From the NCBI GenBank assembly GCA_000934665.2, contig JYFJ02003147.1, positions 1 to 46,006 of the forward strand: a DNA stretch of 46,006 bases, given 5' to 3'. The first letter of the stretch is position 1; every line of letters starts with the position of its first letter. This DNA is from Catajapyx aquilonaris. Its lineage: Eukaryota. The position numbers and the translations under genes were made by a program. Positions 26,560 through 39,409 of the stretch are shown in pieces. A model generated the notes under the pieces. That model was not told the DNA's origin and made no database searches. It saw only the letters and a program-made list of their open reading frames with translations.

Positions 26560-29500
26560 ATGGAGGAGATTGTCGCCGGGGCGGAAGAGGAGGAGGAGGA
26601 AGAAGAGGAAGAGGAGCAGCTGATCCTACATGGCACTCCAAATGGGTCTCCATGTGGCCAGCAGGAGCAGGTGATGAGCCCAGAGGAGTGCAGGAAGTCA
26701 GCCAGGATCAGGCTGGCACTCAAGGAGGGGGATGCGGATGCACTCAGGGAGGCTGCCCTCACTCCTGGGGGACTCCTGGGGGACGACCTGAGGGAAGGAG
26801 CCTGGCCGCTGCTGCTCAGGATCAAGCCGGAGGATGTCCAGTCAGGGGGGCCCAAGCTGGAGGAGCTGGAGGATCACAAGGATTTCTCGCAGGTGTGCAG
26901 GGCTACCTGGGAGTTTTAAAACAATATATTTCAACCGAACAAATTTCATGCCGATTGGGTCTTGCTGCAGTCGAGGGATCATAAGATTGCACGAAGCTTG
27001 CATTTGAACCACCCCCGCCTCTTGATGACCTGGGGAGGGCATGTATGGGGTGCCACACACAGTGCAAGCAATATGATACAATGCTTTAGGCCACGAGGGG
27101 GATGCAATGTGTTATCCATTGCAACCAGTACCTCTTTCCCTGAAATCAAAAAGTGCGATCCTAGACAATGTGAATATAAGTTAACTTCTGCGTCCAATGA
27201 GGAGTTTAGTGCACATTGCCATTCTCTAGGAATTTATGAAAGGGTTTCTTTTATTGCAGTGTCACTAATACATGACTAGTGCTATCTTTTACATTCCTGG
27301 ATTTGGCATGAGTCACTTGTACCCACCTAGAGAAATTGATGCATTTTCCACAACAATTTTGCAGTTTGTTAACAGGCACTTTTAAGACAGTTATTGGCAG
27401 ATCTTGTGTTGTGGTGAAAAACTTGAAGAATCAGATACACCATAATACCCACTAATGTTATTAGCCATCTGCATTCACATCCCTTATGCATCTTGTCATC
27501 ATATGGCAGTTGAATGTGTTTATGAGCTGGTAATGAGCTAAATGGCAAGATCCTATTCCCAGCAGTTTTGAAGGTAGCAAGTATATAGTTGCTGCCTAAT
27601 AACAATTATGTAAGTGTTTCAATTGCAATTTTAACATTATTTCTTGATAGACAATTTAGTATTTCCTTAGGACAATTTTTGTTTGTCCATTCACTTGCCA
27701 CGAGAAGAAATTGCAGAGTTGCTCAGTCCATCGAATTGGGTGCAAATTGGGGGTCTTTTAAAACTTAATGTGGTTTGCCTTTTTATTTACTTATTAACGT
27801 CAAGATTTATTAGTACGGTACCTGTTTCGAGTACAGTAGAACCCAGATTATCTGTCACCCACGGGACTGGGGCATGGTCGGAACACGAAAAGGGTTCAGA
27901 TAATCCGAGGAGAAATGAAAACTTTAATGAAACACAAAAAACAAAAAGACGAAGTAACGTACAACATTATGGTTTTCTAAGAAATAGTGAAGTAGGCCTA
28001 TTTATCATTTACGTACTACTGTACTGTAAAGTCCGTTAAACGAAAGAATGATCTGACGTCATTGTTTTGTTTACCGACTCCTACTCTCCTATTCGCATAA
28101 GTCCAAACCTTTTCGGGTATACATACGCCCAAGGGGGTGAGGCGCCACAAAATTAGTCCCCTGTGTCGCTGGTTTTCTCGAAGAAACTGTGCTGGTACAT
28201 GTAATTCGAATGTCTAATTATCATGGGCAGCCCATGCGGCAGCTGCAGCGCTACACAAACTGCACATTTTGTTGTGAGAAGCAGTAGGGCCTGGCATGGT
28301 GGGCACTGCTTTCGGCATATGGATATCCAAAAAATGGTTCACACTTATGCGATTCGGAGAGTAGTCAATGGAAATCTGCCAAACGCACCTCTGGAACCTT
28401 CCTCTTTTCCTGTTTCCATGGAAATGCTCTCACACAACAATATGAGCAAACAATATTCTTTTTTGTTGACACTGTTTTGCTCATATTGTTGCATGAGGGC
28501 ATCTCCATGGAAACAGGAAAAGTGGAAGGTTCCAGACACGGCCTATTACTCAGGTCGCGCAACTTCCTCCCTCCATGAGTGAGCTTAGTTGGGCATGGCT
28601 TGGCGCTGTCGTCCTCCACAGAGCACAACTTTTACGTCACGTTTGGGTCACGTTCGGGTGGCTGTCTCTGCGACTTTCCCTACTCACCCAGCTGCATTGG
28701 AAAGAATTGTTCAGGTTGGTTCAGAAAAGCGTCCGCCCGAACATGGCCCTAAAAGTTGTGCTCTGTGGAGCGACGCCGGCGACAAATAGAACATTCTACA
28801 GTGGCGGTGGAACGGAACTAAGCCCATGCCGTTCCCTGTATGGCTAGATAGGGAGTTTCGGGGGGCTGGTTCCAGAGGTGCATTTGGCAAATTTCCGTTG
28901 ACTAGGAGTTGGTAAGCAAAACGATGCCGTCAGATCGTTCTTTTGTTTAACGGACTATATTTACAATTATTGAACTAAGGCAAAACAAATGCGTAGTATA
29001 TTCCTGTATTTCATGAGATAACATGTTTATTGCGAGATCGGGACAGTTGGATAAACTGAGGAGTCAGATAATCAGAGGTCGGATAATTCTACTGTATTTG
29101 AATTGGTGTTTCTAATGGTATATTTCATGAATTTTTATATGCAACAGTATTCGAATGCACTTTGGTGGCAATGGAAGTGAATACATTTTTGAAAGGATAG
29201 TGACATCCTATGTGTAATCACAGTGGTCTAGACCAGCGTTCTCAACCGGGGCTCTGTAAGGAATAGTGATGAATAGGCTGATCATATGTAAATGCATTTT
29301 TGAGTAATTAATTGTCAGGTCTAAAATAAAATAATTTTTATGTAGGGGTTTCATGAGACATAAATACTATATCAAGGGTTCCGCAAGGGTAAAAAGGTTG
29401 AGAAACACTGGTTTAGACAAAAGATGACTGTTAACATTTACTGTGATTCAGTGACATAGCAATAATAAAATTAATTTGAAAGAGGGGAGGTGTGGTGGCT

Positions 29501-32500
29501 GAGATGGTAACTTCTCAGCTTGCTGAGCTGAAGGTCCCAGGTTCGATCCCCGCCTGGGAGTTACCTTTCGCCTGCGTCAGGAGGGTCTCTGACCTGCACC
29601 TTGGAGGTGTCTGGCAACCTAACCTCCTGGGGAACAGCACATGACCCATTAATTTTATCAGTGTTAAGGCCATTTCACAAAAAAATGTCGCGCGGCAAAC
29701 GGCGCGACTTGCGGCAAATTTTTTATTTATATTTATTGTTGCCAATTGTTGGCAACAATAAATATAAATAAAAATTTGCCGCACGTCGCGCCGTTTGCCG
29801 CGCGACATTTTTTTTGTGAAATGGCCTTTACACTTGCACTCATGTTCCCTCCCCAAAAATCCCTATCCTTACCCTATTTCCCTGATTTCCCTGCAGTGGA
29901 GTTTGAAGTTAACGGACGATAGCTGAGAAAAAATGGTGGTATCCCACCCCCCTAAGAGAGCCACTGGCTCTATCACGGGGTATAACAAAAAAAAATCATT
30001 TGAAAGGAACACATTGGAGAGAAAACACACACCTTCTTGCCCTTTATACCTTGAATGTGTAGTAACATTTCAAGACCATCTGCCACTTACAGGAGATTGG
30101 TAGTAGTGCCCAATCAGAAATTATATTAAACCTCGTTTCTATCATACAGGTTGTCCTAGATGTGAACCGCTCATTGAAAAGGTTTCCTCCCGGGATTGAA
30201 GACACTCGGCGGATCGTTCTTCAGGACCAATTGACCCGCCTGATAATTCGAGTCCTCCATGCACACCCAGAGCTACACTATTATCAGGGGTACCACGACA
30301 TTGCAATCACCTTTCTGCTGGTAGTTGGTGAAGATGTGGGCTTCAAAATGGTGGAGGTCCTCTCCTTAACACACTTGCGTGACTTCATGGAACCAACAAT
30401 GGAAAGGACGACTCATTTATTAAATTACATTTATCCAATAATCAGGAGGGTCAGTCTGAAACTCCATGATTTTTTGGAAAGGTCAGTAATTCTATTTTTG
30501 TTCAGGTGCATTCCTTACGAAATTATTCTTATCATTGGGCTTAACTTTGTTGATTTACTTTCCTGCAATTGCAAACACACTTAAAAACTTTCAGCAATGA
30601 ATAAAATTGTAGAGCTCTGTGATAGAAAGAGACCTCTCAGTTTCATGCTAATTGGATTGGTGCCATTTTGTATTTTTGCTAGTGAGGGTTTAGCAAAAAA
30701 ATCCTGGTGACTTGTATTTACTTGTAAGGGACAGAATCATGCCCAAAGTTTGTCTTGGGCCGATTTACCAAGCAGTTTGGGTCCCTCAGGACAAATTTCT
30801 CTTTCCATGTTGGTTTGAGTTCTAGGCACACTACCGGACACTACCAGAGTAAGATAACTTTTGGCATTTTAAAATGGCTACATGGTCAACTGTCAATGAA
30901 ACTCACATTAATCATCAGTCTGATGGTGCCCTATGAATTAGTACTTGTAAGACTGGGAAACCTTCAGGAGCCCTGCCAGAGGCCAACCAGTGACACCCTA
31001 TTGGCCATGACAGGCAAAGGCCACACCTTCAGCGATGCATGTGTGGCGTGCCTTGGAGTGGGGACACCATAATGAAACCAAACAGACTTAAAATTGTCAA
31101 TGTGAGTTAAATTTTGGCCAGGATAAATTGAAGAAGTTACAGAGAAGCCCTTCATTCTGAAATCTGAAGTTCATTGTTAACTGTCTTTCTTTGTGAGGCT
31201 TTTCCTATCAGGGACAAACACTGGAAAATTTTCTCAGAAAAATGAAACTGCACTAATGTAAGTTACTTTGTGGAGAAGTAATCAACTTGAACTGAAAGAT
31301 TTTCGTATACGATATGCTGCTGGTGGAGCACATCTGATGCCTGCCTTTTAGTATTAAAATGCTCTTGGTCCTTGGCAAAGACACAAAGTGGCATTTATTT
31401 GAAAGCCTTTTGCTCAGTATGAGCAATTATATTTAGCCTCAATTGCATGATCCAGAGCAGCCCCCCACAACTCCCAGTCTAGCCAGGTCTGGTACATAAT
31501 ACCTAAATCCATAATCCTGACATCCCAAAATACCTACCGCCGAAATACCTAACTGAAAAAATGCCGAGACCGCCGAAATACCTAATCTGGAAAATAACGA
31601 CACCACAGAAATACCTATTTCCGTACAAACACTTGGAGGAAAAGATGATGCTGACCTACTCTCCGAACCTTGACGATGCTCTCTTCTCGGCCTACCAATA
31701 ACATATGTCTCTTCAAAATATTTGAGTAAACCATTCGCTTCTTCAGGAAACTTATGCTTCAATTCTACAAAAGCTTTCGGAATATCACTACAAGGTAAAT
31801 ATGCTAGGCAACTAACTGTCGCACTAACAGGCAAAACTCTTTGTCACACCATACTTCTGTTGCAATCCTTCCCCTTGTATCTTATGCCAAATATTTTGGC
31901 CCAAATGAAACAAACAACCTCGACTTTGACTACTGCGATATTCCTGCTTAATGGCCAACATCGCACCCATCTCGAAATCAGTTATGATAACGTCTGGGTT
32001 CAATTCCAACCTTACAAACAAATTCACAAATCATTCAAACGGGTGTGCATTATTTTGTTACATGCGTCCGTATCGGTATTTCATCTATTAGGTATTTTGG
32101 CGGTGTCGTTATTTCTTCTATTAGGTATTTTGGTATGTCGGTATTTTCCAATGAAGTAGTTCGGCGGTGTCGGTATTTCGTGTCTTAGGTATTTCGCCTG
32201 TCGGTATTTTCATCCGTCAGTATTACGTCCGTAGACTATTACACACGGGCCCGGTCTAGCCTTATGATGACGGTAGTGTAATTAGAGTGTCTCCTCCAGC
32301 CTGGAATTTGATGCTGCATGGCCCCACAGGCATCTTATGATTCGAGTGGCTGACTAGAGTTCTGCGAATGCCCCCTAGACCCAGCGGCAGTGGAAAGGAT
32401 GGTTTGGGTTGGTTCACGTGTCCGCCCGAATCATAGATGCCTGTGGGCGCCAAATTCCAGGTTGGCTGGGAGTCTCTAATTACACTGCATATTGCGGGAG

Positions 32501-33718
32501 TTGTGGGGAGCTGATCCAGAGTAAGTCCAAAACAGGTTGTTGATATTTGTTATTCATTGTTGGTAATGATGTTCTAAATGATGAATAACAAGGATGAACC
32601 ACTTATTCTGAATTCATCAGAATCCTGCAGCCCACAATTACAGAGTTTTTTGCAACCTAGGCTACTGCTAATTTCATGTTTCTGGCATACTTCATCAAAC
32701 ACTGAAATGGGTTAATATTTCTTCCCACACAGGTCGGAGATTGGGACCATCTTCTGCCTTCCCTGGCTTATCACCTGGTATGGACACACACTCAATGACT
32801 ATCGAGATGTGGTGCGGCTTTATGACTACTTCTTAGCCGTTCCTGTCCTCATGCCAATGTACCTGGCCGCTGCAATAGTCCTGTATCGAGAAAAGGAGAT
32901 CCTGGAAGGAGACTGTGACATGTCTTACCAACATGCATTGCTGTCTAAAGTTCCAGACCAGTTACCATTTGAGACCTTGCTGGACAAGGCCCGAGATCTG
33001 TATGAAAGGTTCCCACCAAAGATGCTGGAGAAGGAAGTGAAAGAGAGATCCCAGAGAGAGTATGTAAACCAACTTTGGTGCATGCTAATACATTTCATTA
33101 GGATTTAATTAATTTTACGAAACAAATTGAACAAGGAAAAGGTTCCAAAACACCACCATACACAAACCTCCAAAACAGAGGCTTTATGACCTACAACTTA
33201 TTAAGTGAATGTTTAAAGAGGTTGGCCTGACATTGCCTCTCAATCTCATTACCTACAACTAACTCATTGTTGGAAATCATTAGGAACATTACATGTGATA
33301 TTTTGCCTTGGAGCTACAGTAGTTCAGAACTCTCATTGTTTTAATTACTTACATTTTATTGCTTGGATGACTGTAGTTGTGCTCTTTTTAATTTGACCAA
33401 TGGCTCCTATCATTTACTAGATCAGTGCTACAGTTAACAGAGTAAGATAGACCAATTACCTATATGATTAATATTAATGCTTTCATGCCCATATTTGTCT
33501 CCAGTCTCATCCTTTTCCGGCGACCGCCCCGAACTCGCAACCACCTTCGCTGGAACGTGATGCGATGGGTGCCATTTATGCCTCCTCCATGGATCATACT
33601 TCGCACCATTCGTCTACACAAGTGGTCACTGTTGGCAACACTGCTCGCTGGTACAGTCGCCTACGTATACAAAACAGACTCAACAGGATCCCTTGTGCCA
33701 TGGGCTTGGTATAGGTAA
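26560..33718 (+). CDS. TBC1D20: TBC1 domain family member 20 (Rab1/Rab2 GAP); exons 26560-26892, 30150-30481, 32733-33059, 33505-33718
   Basis: Motifs GGLLGDDLREGAWPLLL, QVVLDVNRSLKRFPPG, LHYYQGYHDI, GTIFCLPWLITWYGH, and a C-terminal TM segment (WSLLATLLAGTVAYVY). All junctions are GT-AG and phase-compatible. Confidence 0.95.
28084..28361. mobile_element. Inner MITE with TA TSD
   Basis: TA|CTCTCCTATTCGCATAAGT...ACTTATGCGATTCGGAGAG|TA. Confidence 0.75.
28391..28535. repeat. ~145-bp imperfect palindrome
   Basis: CTGGAACCTTCC.CTTTTCCTGTTTCCATGGA...TCCATGGAAACAGGAAAAG.GGAAGGTTCCAG. Confidence 0.85.
29234..29410. mobile_element. hAT-Charlie-like MITE
   Basis: CAGCGTTCTCAACC...GGTTGAGAAACACTG with 8-bp TSD GTCTAGAC/GTTTAGAC. 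Confidence 0.85.
29484..29995 (+). mobile_element. tRNA-derived SINE (second family), interrupted by a MITE
   Basis: A box TGGCTGAGATGG, B box GGTTCGATCCC, poly-A end, imperfect flanking repeat AAAT.ATTTGAAAG. Confidence 0.75.
29667..29827. mobile_element. Near-perfect palindromic PIF/Harbinger-type MITE
   Basis: TTA|AGGCCATTTCACAAAAAAATGTCGCGCGGC...GCCGCGCGACATTTTTTTTGTGAAATGGCCT|TTA. Confidence 0.9.
31458..32513. mobile_element. hAT-type MITE interrupted by a MULE
   Basis: TIR CAGCCCCCCACAACTCCC / GGGAGTTGTGGGGAGCTG. Perfect 8-bp TSD ATCCAGAG at 31450-31457 and 32514-32521. Confidence 0.85.
31485..32252 (-). mobile_element. Internally deleted Mutator-like element (MULE) with transposase fragment
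   Basis: Peptides PDVIITDFEMG...RGCLFHLGQNIWHKIQ and LAYLP...LLKYFEETYVIG. Long TIRs made of AAATACC subrepeats. ~9-bp TSD AGTCTAGCC/GGTCTAGCC. Confidence 0.88.
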
Positions 33719-34361
33719 CAATGAGGAAGCATAAAGAAAGGCACAATGGTAGTTTTAGCCAGTGGGACACTACTGCTGAGAGACAGACATGTATGTGTTG
33801 TGATTATTATTTCCTGCACCTGTTTTTGACCAATGTTTTGCAGCTCAAAGAAGCATAACAGAAGAAGATATACACATATTTCTGTTTATTCGGCACATGT
33901 GCTGAACTCTGTACAGCATTGTTAATATAGTTGTTTTCACTTGTGAAAGCACTGGTTTTTAAAGCTAATGTAAAGTGTACATGATCAGAAACTCATAAAA
34001 GTCCTCACAATTCAGACTGTGTTAAAATGTACAGTCCAACATGTAAAATGTTAATGACCAGATATTCAGGACTCCACTTATCACTTACAGGTATACATCC
34101 CTACCTAAAACTAAAACACAGAATCCAAACATATTCAAAGAAGACAGTACAGAGAGTAATTTCAAGAATCATTCCTTAGGAACAAGGTCAACAGAGCAAT
34201 TCAGACGAGAATCATATTTAACCCTCTGTGAAAACCATTACTTCTCTCACTCCCTCCCTCACTCTCACCTCTTTCAATAAAAATCCCATCTGATTAACAA
34301 CAATCAGAGCTTAATACTTCACATCTCAATAAATTAAAAACGTGTGGCAAGACACTACCAT

Positions 34362-37300
34362 TCACACATTCTTGTCAGTGGCAATTTTCTTGATGTAGTT
34401 AATGATATCTGGATCGCTGAGTATCCCGATGTGGTCTACATTATTGAAGTTCTGGTAGTATACAGGTTGTTTTTGTTGTCCCTTCCAACGCAGGCAACCT
34501 TGCATGCTTCGCGTGTTGACTGTGCCATCTCCATCTCCCATTACCAACTTGGCCTTTCCATCTGGGAAGCTGCCTGATTCATACACAAGCCTGCAAGACA
34601 TTACACAAAATGGTCAAGTAACATCCCATTTTTTGTTAGATCCAAGGGGGTAACAACTATGTAAATCTGGTGTACACTTGGCCATAAATCCCATAAATTT
34701 GGTGTACACAAAAATGTTAGTTGTTACCCCCTTGAGGAGATCTTATCTAATAAATGTTAATTTGGTTACGTGCTACTTGCAAGATATTGGAGCATCCAAG
34801 ATATAAGCTGCCCTAGATACAAGGATAATTTCATTGAAAGTGGTTCTTTAGAAGAAGGCCACATGATAAATGGTCCAAAAAAAAACCCTGAATGAGCAGT
34901 ACATTCTATTTTTACAAATGTTGAGTATGTGATAAAGATGATATTCCTTCTAAAAAACTGCTGATCTCAATATTTGGCAGCAAACATGAAACTGACCCTT
35001 GATTTCTGGCACCTCTCCAAATGCTGTCAAGTGATGCAATTTTGATGAATAAATTCAGATAACATGTTAAAAAGCATACATGCTCTTACTTTTCAGTAGT
35101 GGGCAACCCAACTCCATGCAAACAGTGAACTTCCACCCCTGGTGGCTTCAGGTCATATATGAGACCCTGTGTCTCCTTCCTCATGTACCAGCCAACAGGA
35201 TAATTCAAGGCATCAAACAAGTCTCGATAATCATTGACTGTGTAATTCCTTGTTTCAGTCTGAACCAAAACTTCCTGGGATTTCCAGAAACGATCAGTTG
35301 GCATTAGCCAAGCCAGACTTGGCGAGGTACGTTGCTCTTCACGTAATGTACGTGCACTTAGGACATGAGTTCCAAGGTCATCACCCTCAGCAAAGACTTT
35401 GAGAGTTTTGACTGTTCCACCCCATACACCAGCTAGGGTTACCAGTGCATGGATGTGAGTGTCCTTCCATGATTGGGACTGGTGGTTGAGAAAGTACAGC
35501 ATCATGGGGCATCCCATGCTGTGCGCCAACAATAAGACTCGACGATTGCCATTCATGGCATAGGTTTGTTCAACCAGTGACTTCATGTTTACAAAAAATT
35601 CTGCATTCTCATCTGAAATTTACAAGAGCAAGAATTTAGAGGAGAGTAATGCTAGCAGTATTCAATATTTTTACTGTCACGGAACCCCTTTTTTTGGCCA
35701 AACTTTGCCAGTACTCTTACTATTAGACCTTGTGCCAATTTGAAAAAGCCATATTCACTCCAGCCAAGTCCAGAGTGTAATTAGCCACCATCCCAGCCCT
35801 CCCTTACCAGATGCCTACCAAAAATAAGTGAAAGCTATGTCAGTGGGAATCTCAAATGCTTTTATCTCCCTTGGCCTTAATTTCTCTCAGTTTGTAAGCG
35901 ACAGTCTTAGAATACTCAGATCCCAACCTCCCCCCACCTTCCCACTTTTTTTTGTTGTTTTTTTGCATGAGCTAGGTTGCTCTCCACCGCCATAGTTCCT
36001 AAGGCGGTTCCTTATGACGACTCTTTGCACTGCAGCTCAATCAGGAGCACATTGGCAGAGTCATCCACGAGAACCACCTTAGGAACTGTGGAGCTACACC
36101 AGTATCAAATAAGAAAGAGGTGGGGAAGAGCAACTAAGCTCATGGGGGTTTCCATAATACCGGGGTAGGAGTGTCAGGTAGCTGCTGTAAACATGTAAGT
36201 TTGAGAGAATTGCAGCCTCATTTTTTGAAGTTATTATTGGTCCCACAATCACATCATCACAATCACATATCGCTATAATACCAAACATTATTGTTAATGT
36301 ATGGCTTATGAGATAATTACATACTAGGAGCTAGCCTGAAGTCATATGGAGCGCCTCGAATGGAGAGATTTCTCTTGAACCCTACAGCAACCAAAGCATC
36401 AGCTATAAACTTGAAGTAGGCTCCAGACGATGCCTTGCTTGGGTCCAGCCACTCAACTGTTTCCGAGTCACCAAATCCAGGGATCCGGATATCCACCCCA
36501 GGTGAGTTGGAAGACTTTCCTGTGGTCTTGTCGAATGTCAACTTCATGTTGTCAACCTAAAATTGAAAATTAATTGATTGTGATGCATAATTTGTTACAT
36601 ATTGGACTTATTTCATCATTCAAACTACTCAAATTATTATTATTATTTTTAAATTATTATTATTATTATTGTTAAAGTTGTACTGTACTATACATGTTAA
36701 TTTCATTGAACAATGATCATGTAAAAAGGTAACTAATGTAACTTCATTTAAAAATTTTGAAAGCACTCCCCTGCCATAAAAATTAATGGAAAATGCAAAT
36801 CTCCAAGATACACTTATACCTCCTAATCCACCCTAATCAGTTTGCTACAAATTTCCAACAAAAATGCCAAGGACAATACTGCATTATCAAGAAACGAAAA
36901 CAGATACAGTGTGACAATTTATTAATACATGCTTAAAAGGGATATCCACAGCCAAGTTGAAATAATTTTTCTCCAGTGTGTAAATTAACACTGGGTCACT
37001 GATCAATATTGGGTGACCATTCTAATTTTACAAGCTTATCCTTCTGGATTAGATTTTGATACCAAATACTGTTATTAGTTCACACTCAAACATATGTGCA
37101 GTGTCCTACGCATAACCATTTATGTTATGTTATTATGGTGCTTCCCTCTCCATTGTTTGTGTAGGTACACAGAAAAGTCCTCACCCAGCAATCGATGATC
37201 CCTGGAAAAAGCAGCTCCATGTTGAGCCAGAGGTTAAAGTAGTAATCAGTATGCTTCTCACACACATAGTGGACCACCTCTGTCTTGTTCAGCTTGGCCT

Positions 37301-37553
37301 CCACCTGGCTTCCTCCGTCTCCTGGAACTGCGGGAGAATCAGGCGCATGATTATCCTTGCCATATTACAACGCAGGAGCTCGCCAACAGTAATCAACATT
37401 CCCATTAGTTGCGCAAAAGCACCTGTTGTGACAAAGAGGCAGGTAAAGTGCGGACATACCAAGGACAAGTGGCCAGAAGGTGCCATTTGGTAATACCCCA
37501 GGCAGTGAGTGACCCCAGGAGACCAGGAGAAGCAGCAACAGAAAGAGGCGCAT
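34362..37553 (-). CDS. PLA2G15: Group XV (lysosomal) phospholipase A2 / LCAT family, copy 1, 5 exons
   Basis: Signal peptide MRLFLLLLLLVSWG. Motifs VPGDGGSQ, IRGAPYDFR, AHSMG (catalytic Ser), PPGVEVHCLHG, GDGDGTVN (Asp), VDHIGIL (His). Confidence 0.93.
34643..34734. mobile_element. Small MITE-like inverted repeat
   Basis: CAAGGGGGTAACAACTA / TAGTTGTTACCCCCTTG. Confidence 0.65.
35990..36090. repeat. ~100-bp imperfect hairpin (MITE-like) in an intron
   Basis: CATAGTTCCTAAGGCGGTTC / GAACCACCTTAGGAACTGTG. Confidence 0.65.
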
Positions 37554-39409
37554 GTTGTTGTTGGTGGGCAGCAGCGTCACAGTCCGTCCGACCCCAGCAG
37601 ATGCAACCTTATCAATGGGATTTATCCATTTCCACCCAGGGGCCTGGGTCTCCCTTCTAGGCAATCACCACTCTTGTTTTTGCGTGACTCTGACTAGTTC
37701 AGTTGGTGGTACGATACACAGGGTTGGAAATAGAGCAACTGCTCCGCTTTTCGAGAGCGCCTTATATAAATTGAATGGAAACGTGCCTGTAACAAGAATA
37801 ACTCAGTCACCAGAAATTCCTGTAACAAACAAGTTAACGTGCGTGTGTGCATTTCAGACTCCAGTGAATGTGTAGCAAAGTTGTTCCAACACTGCGGCTC
37901 GAAATGTGTTCAATGATCTGTTACAATACGCACTTATTAAACATGCTAAAAATGAATAATGCTATCATTTTAATCGGGAATTCATAGTAAACTACTACGA
38001 GATGAGATGCATTTTGCGTCATAATGAGCAATATCTTTCAAGGTCCCGAGTGGCGCGACAATTCCGTAATGTGCTATCGATGATTGATAATTACAATTGC
38101 CACACACAATATTGGCGCAATTGATCCTTTGGGAGGTTCGAATTGTTTGTTTGCGCAGAAGTTTTTATTACATCAGCTTCTGAAACATAGCCTTGTATTT
38201 TTAACCTCCTAAACGTACAGGGTATACGGTACTGTACCTATATTTTATTTGTTCCACAAATGCGGCTGCAGGCCTGGACTATTTTGTAGTAAATATTAAT
38301 ATGGCCCAGAAGGATCTCGATTTTTCAAGTTTATCTGTATAAATTCCAGACGGATAAAAAATAGTTGAGACAGGATATGTTTGCGCGTAACTCCATGTGG
38401 GCATGTGAATTCTACAAATATCCTTTTCGTCATCATTTTTGAAATAAATAACCAAAGTTTACAGATAATGCAGTACTTTGAGGCACTAATTAGTGAGAGG
38501 ATGATTATCGTCATCTTAAGTTTGTTAATTTTATATTAAGTAATTGGCAATATCGATTAGCAAGTCAGCAACAATCTTGGAAAAATAGTGAATGGCCTTT
38601 GGAATTGGAGCAAATCGTGATCAAGCATGGAGCGCGCTGTTTGTGCCGCGTGTCGAGGGGGTGTGGTGTGACATGTGGCCAGATGTTTACTCGTTTCTTA
38701 ACCACATGATATGCTTCTCTTATCATGTGTAGTTTTTGTCATTTAGGCTATCCTGAATAACACTGTCGAGAATAATCCAGTAAGCAATATATGGGTTACG
38801 TCGGAGTATAACGTATAGTTCGACCTACAGGTCGCCGAAAGTGTTTTTTTCTTCGGTCCCCAGTAATCAACATGCAGTGTCACAAAATTTAACGACATAC
38901 GAGTATGCTATAGTCTACTCGACGAAAATGGAGTCTTATTTGTAAGTACGGTACCAGTAATGAAAGTTGCCTTTCGGATTTATAACAATACAATAATTTT
39001 GTGCTATTAGCGAATTTGGCAAAACTATTATCAGTAATTATGTAACATCCGGCATATCAATGGAACTGAATACTGTATAATCATAGACTATCTTGCTGTG
39101 TTCATTTGGTGCCAATCTTACTCTAGGCAACTGTGACATTCATTCGCGATACAACATTGTCCGGTTCAGAAGCAATGACCCTGCTGTATCTAGCAGCGAT
39201 AAGATGCAGGATTTGTTGTCCTTCTACGGAGATATTTCCAATCTGTTATCCTAGATAAGTAGGCCTATGCATATATGGATGCAGGATTATACAAGTACGT
39301 ATTCATCACTTGGATTCAACAATCGTATAACACTATAGGAAAAATAAATATGAAGCGAAGGTTTGAGTTATTTATTTATTTATTTATTGAAATAGTCATT
39401 ATCATTGGG

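Larger units (their letters stand above)
28029..28957. mobile_element. Long-TIR MITE nested in the previous element
   Basis: The right arm 28868-28957 is the reverse complement of 28029-28083 plus 28364-28398 (left arm split by an insertion). TA flanks. Confidence 0.75.
27834..29094. mobile_element. Tc1/mariner-pogo-type MITE (outer element of a nest)
   Basis: TA|CAGTAGAA...TTCTACTG|TA termini with subterminal GATAA/TTATC motifs. Confidence 0.7.

Noticed and set aside
25510..27081. Antisense or alternative-frame ORFs over channel exon 1 and TBC1D20 exon 1
   Set aside because: Shadows of GC-rich coding exons.
31497..32225. CRISPR-like repeat array (AAATACC/GGTATTT units)
   Set aside because: Irregular subrepeats of MULE TIRs in a eukaryotic intron; no cas genes.
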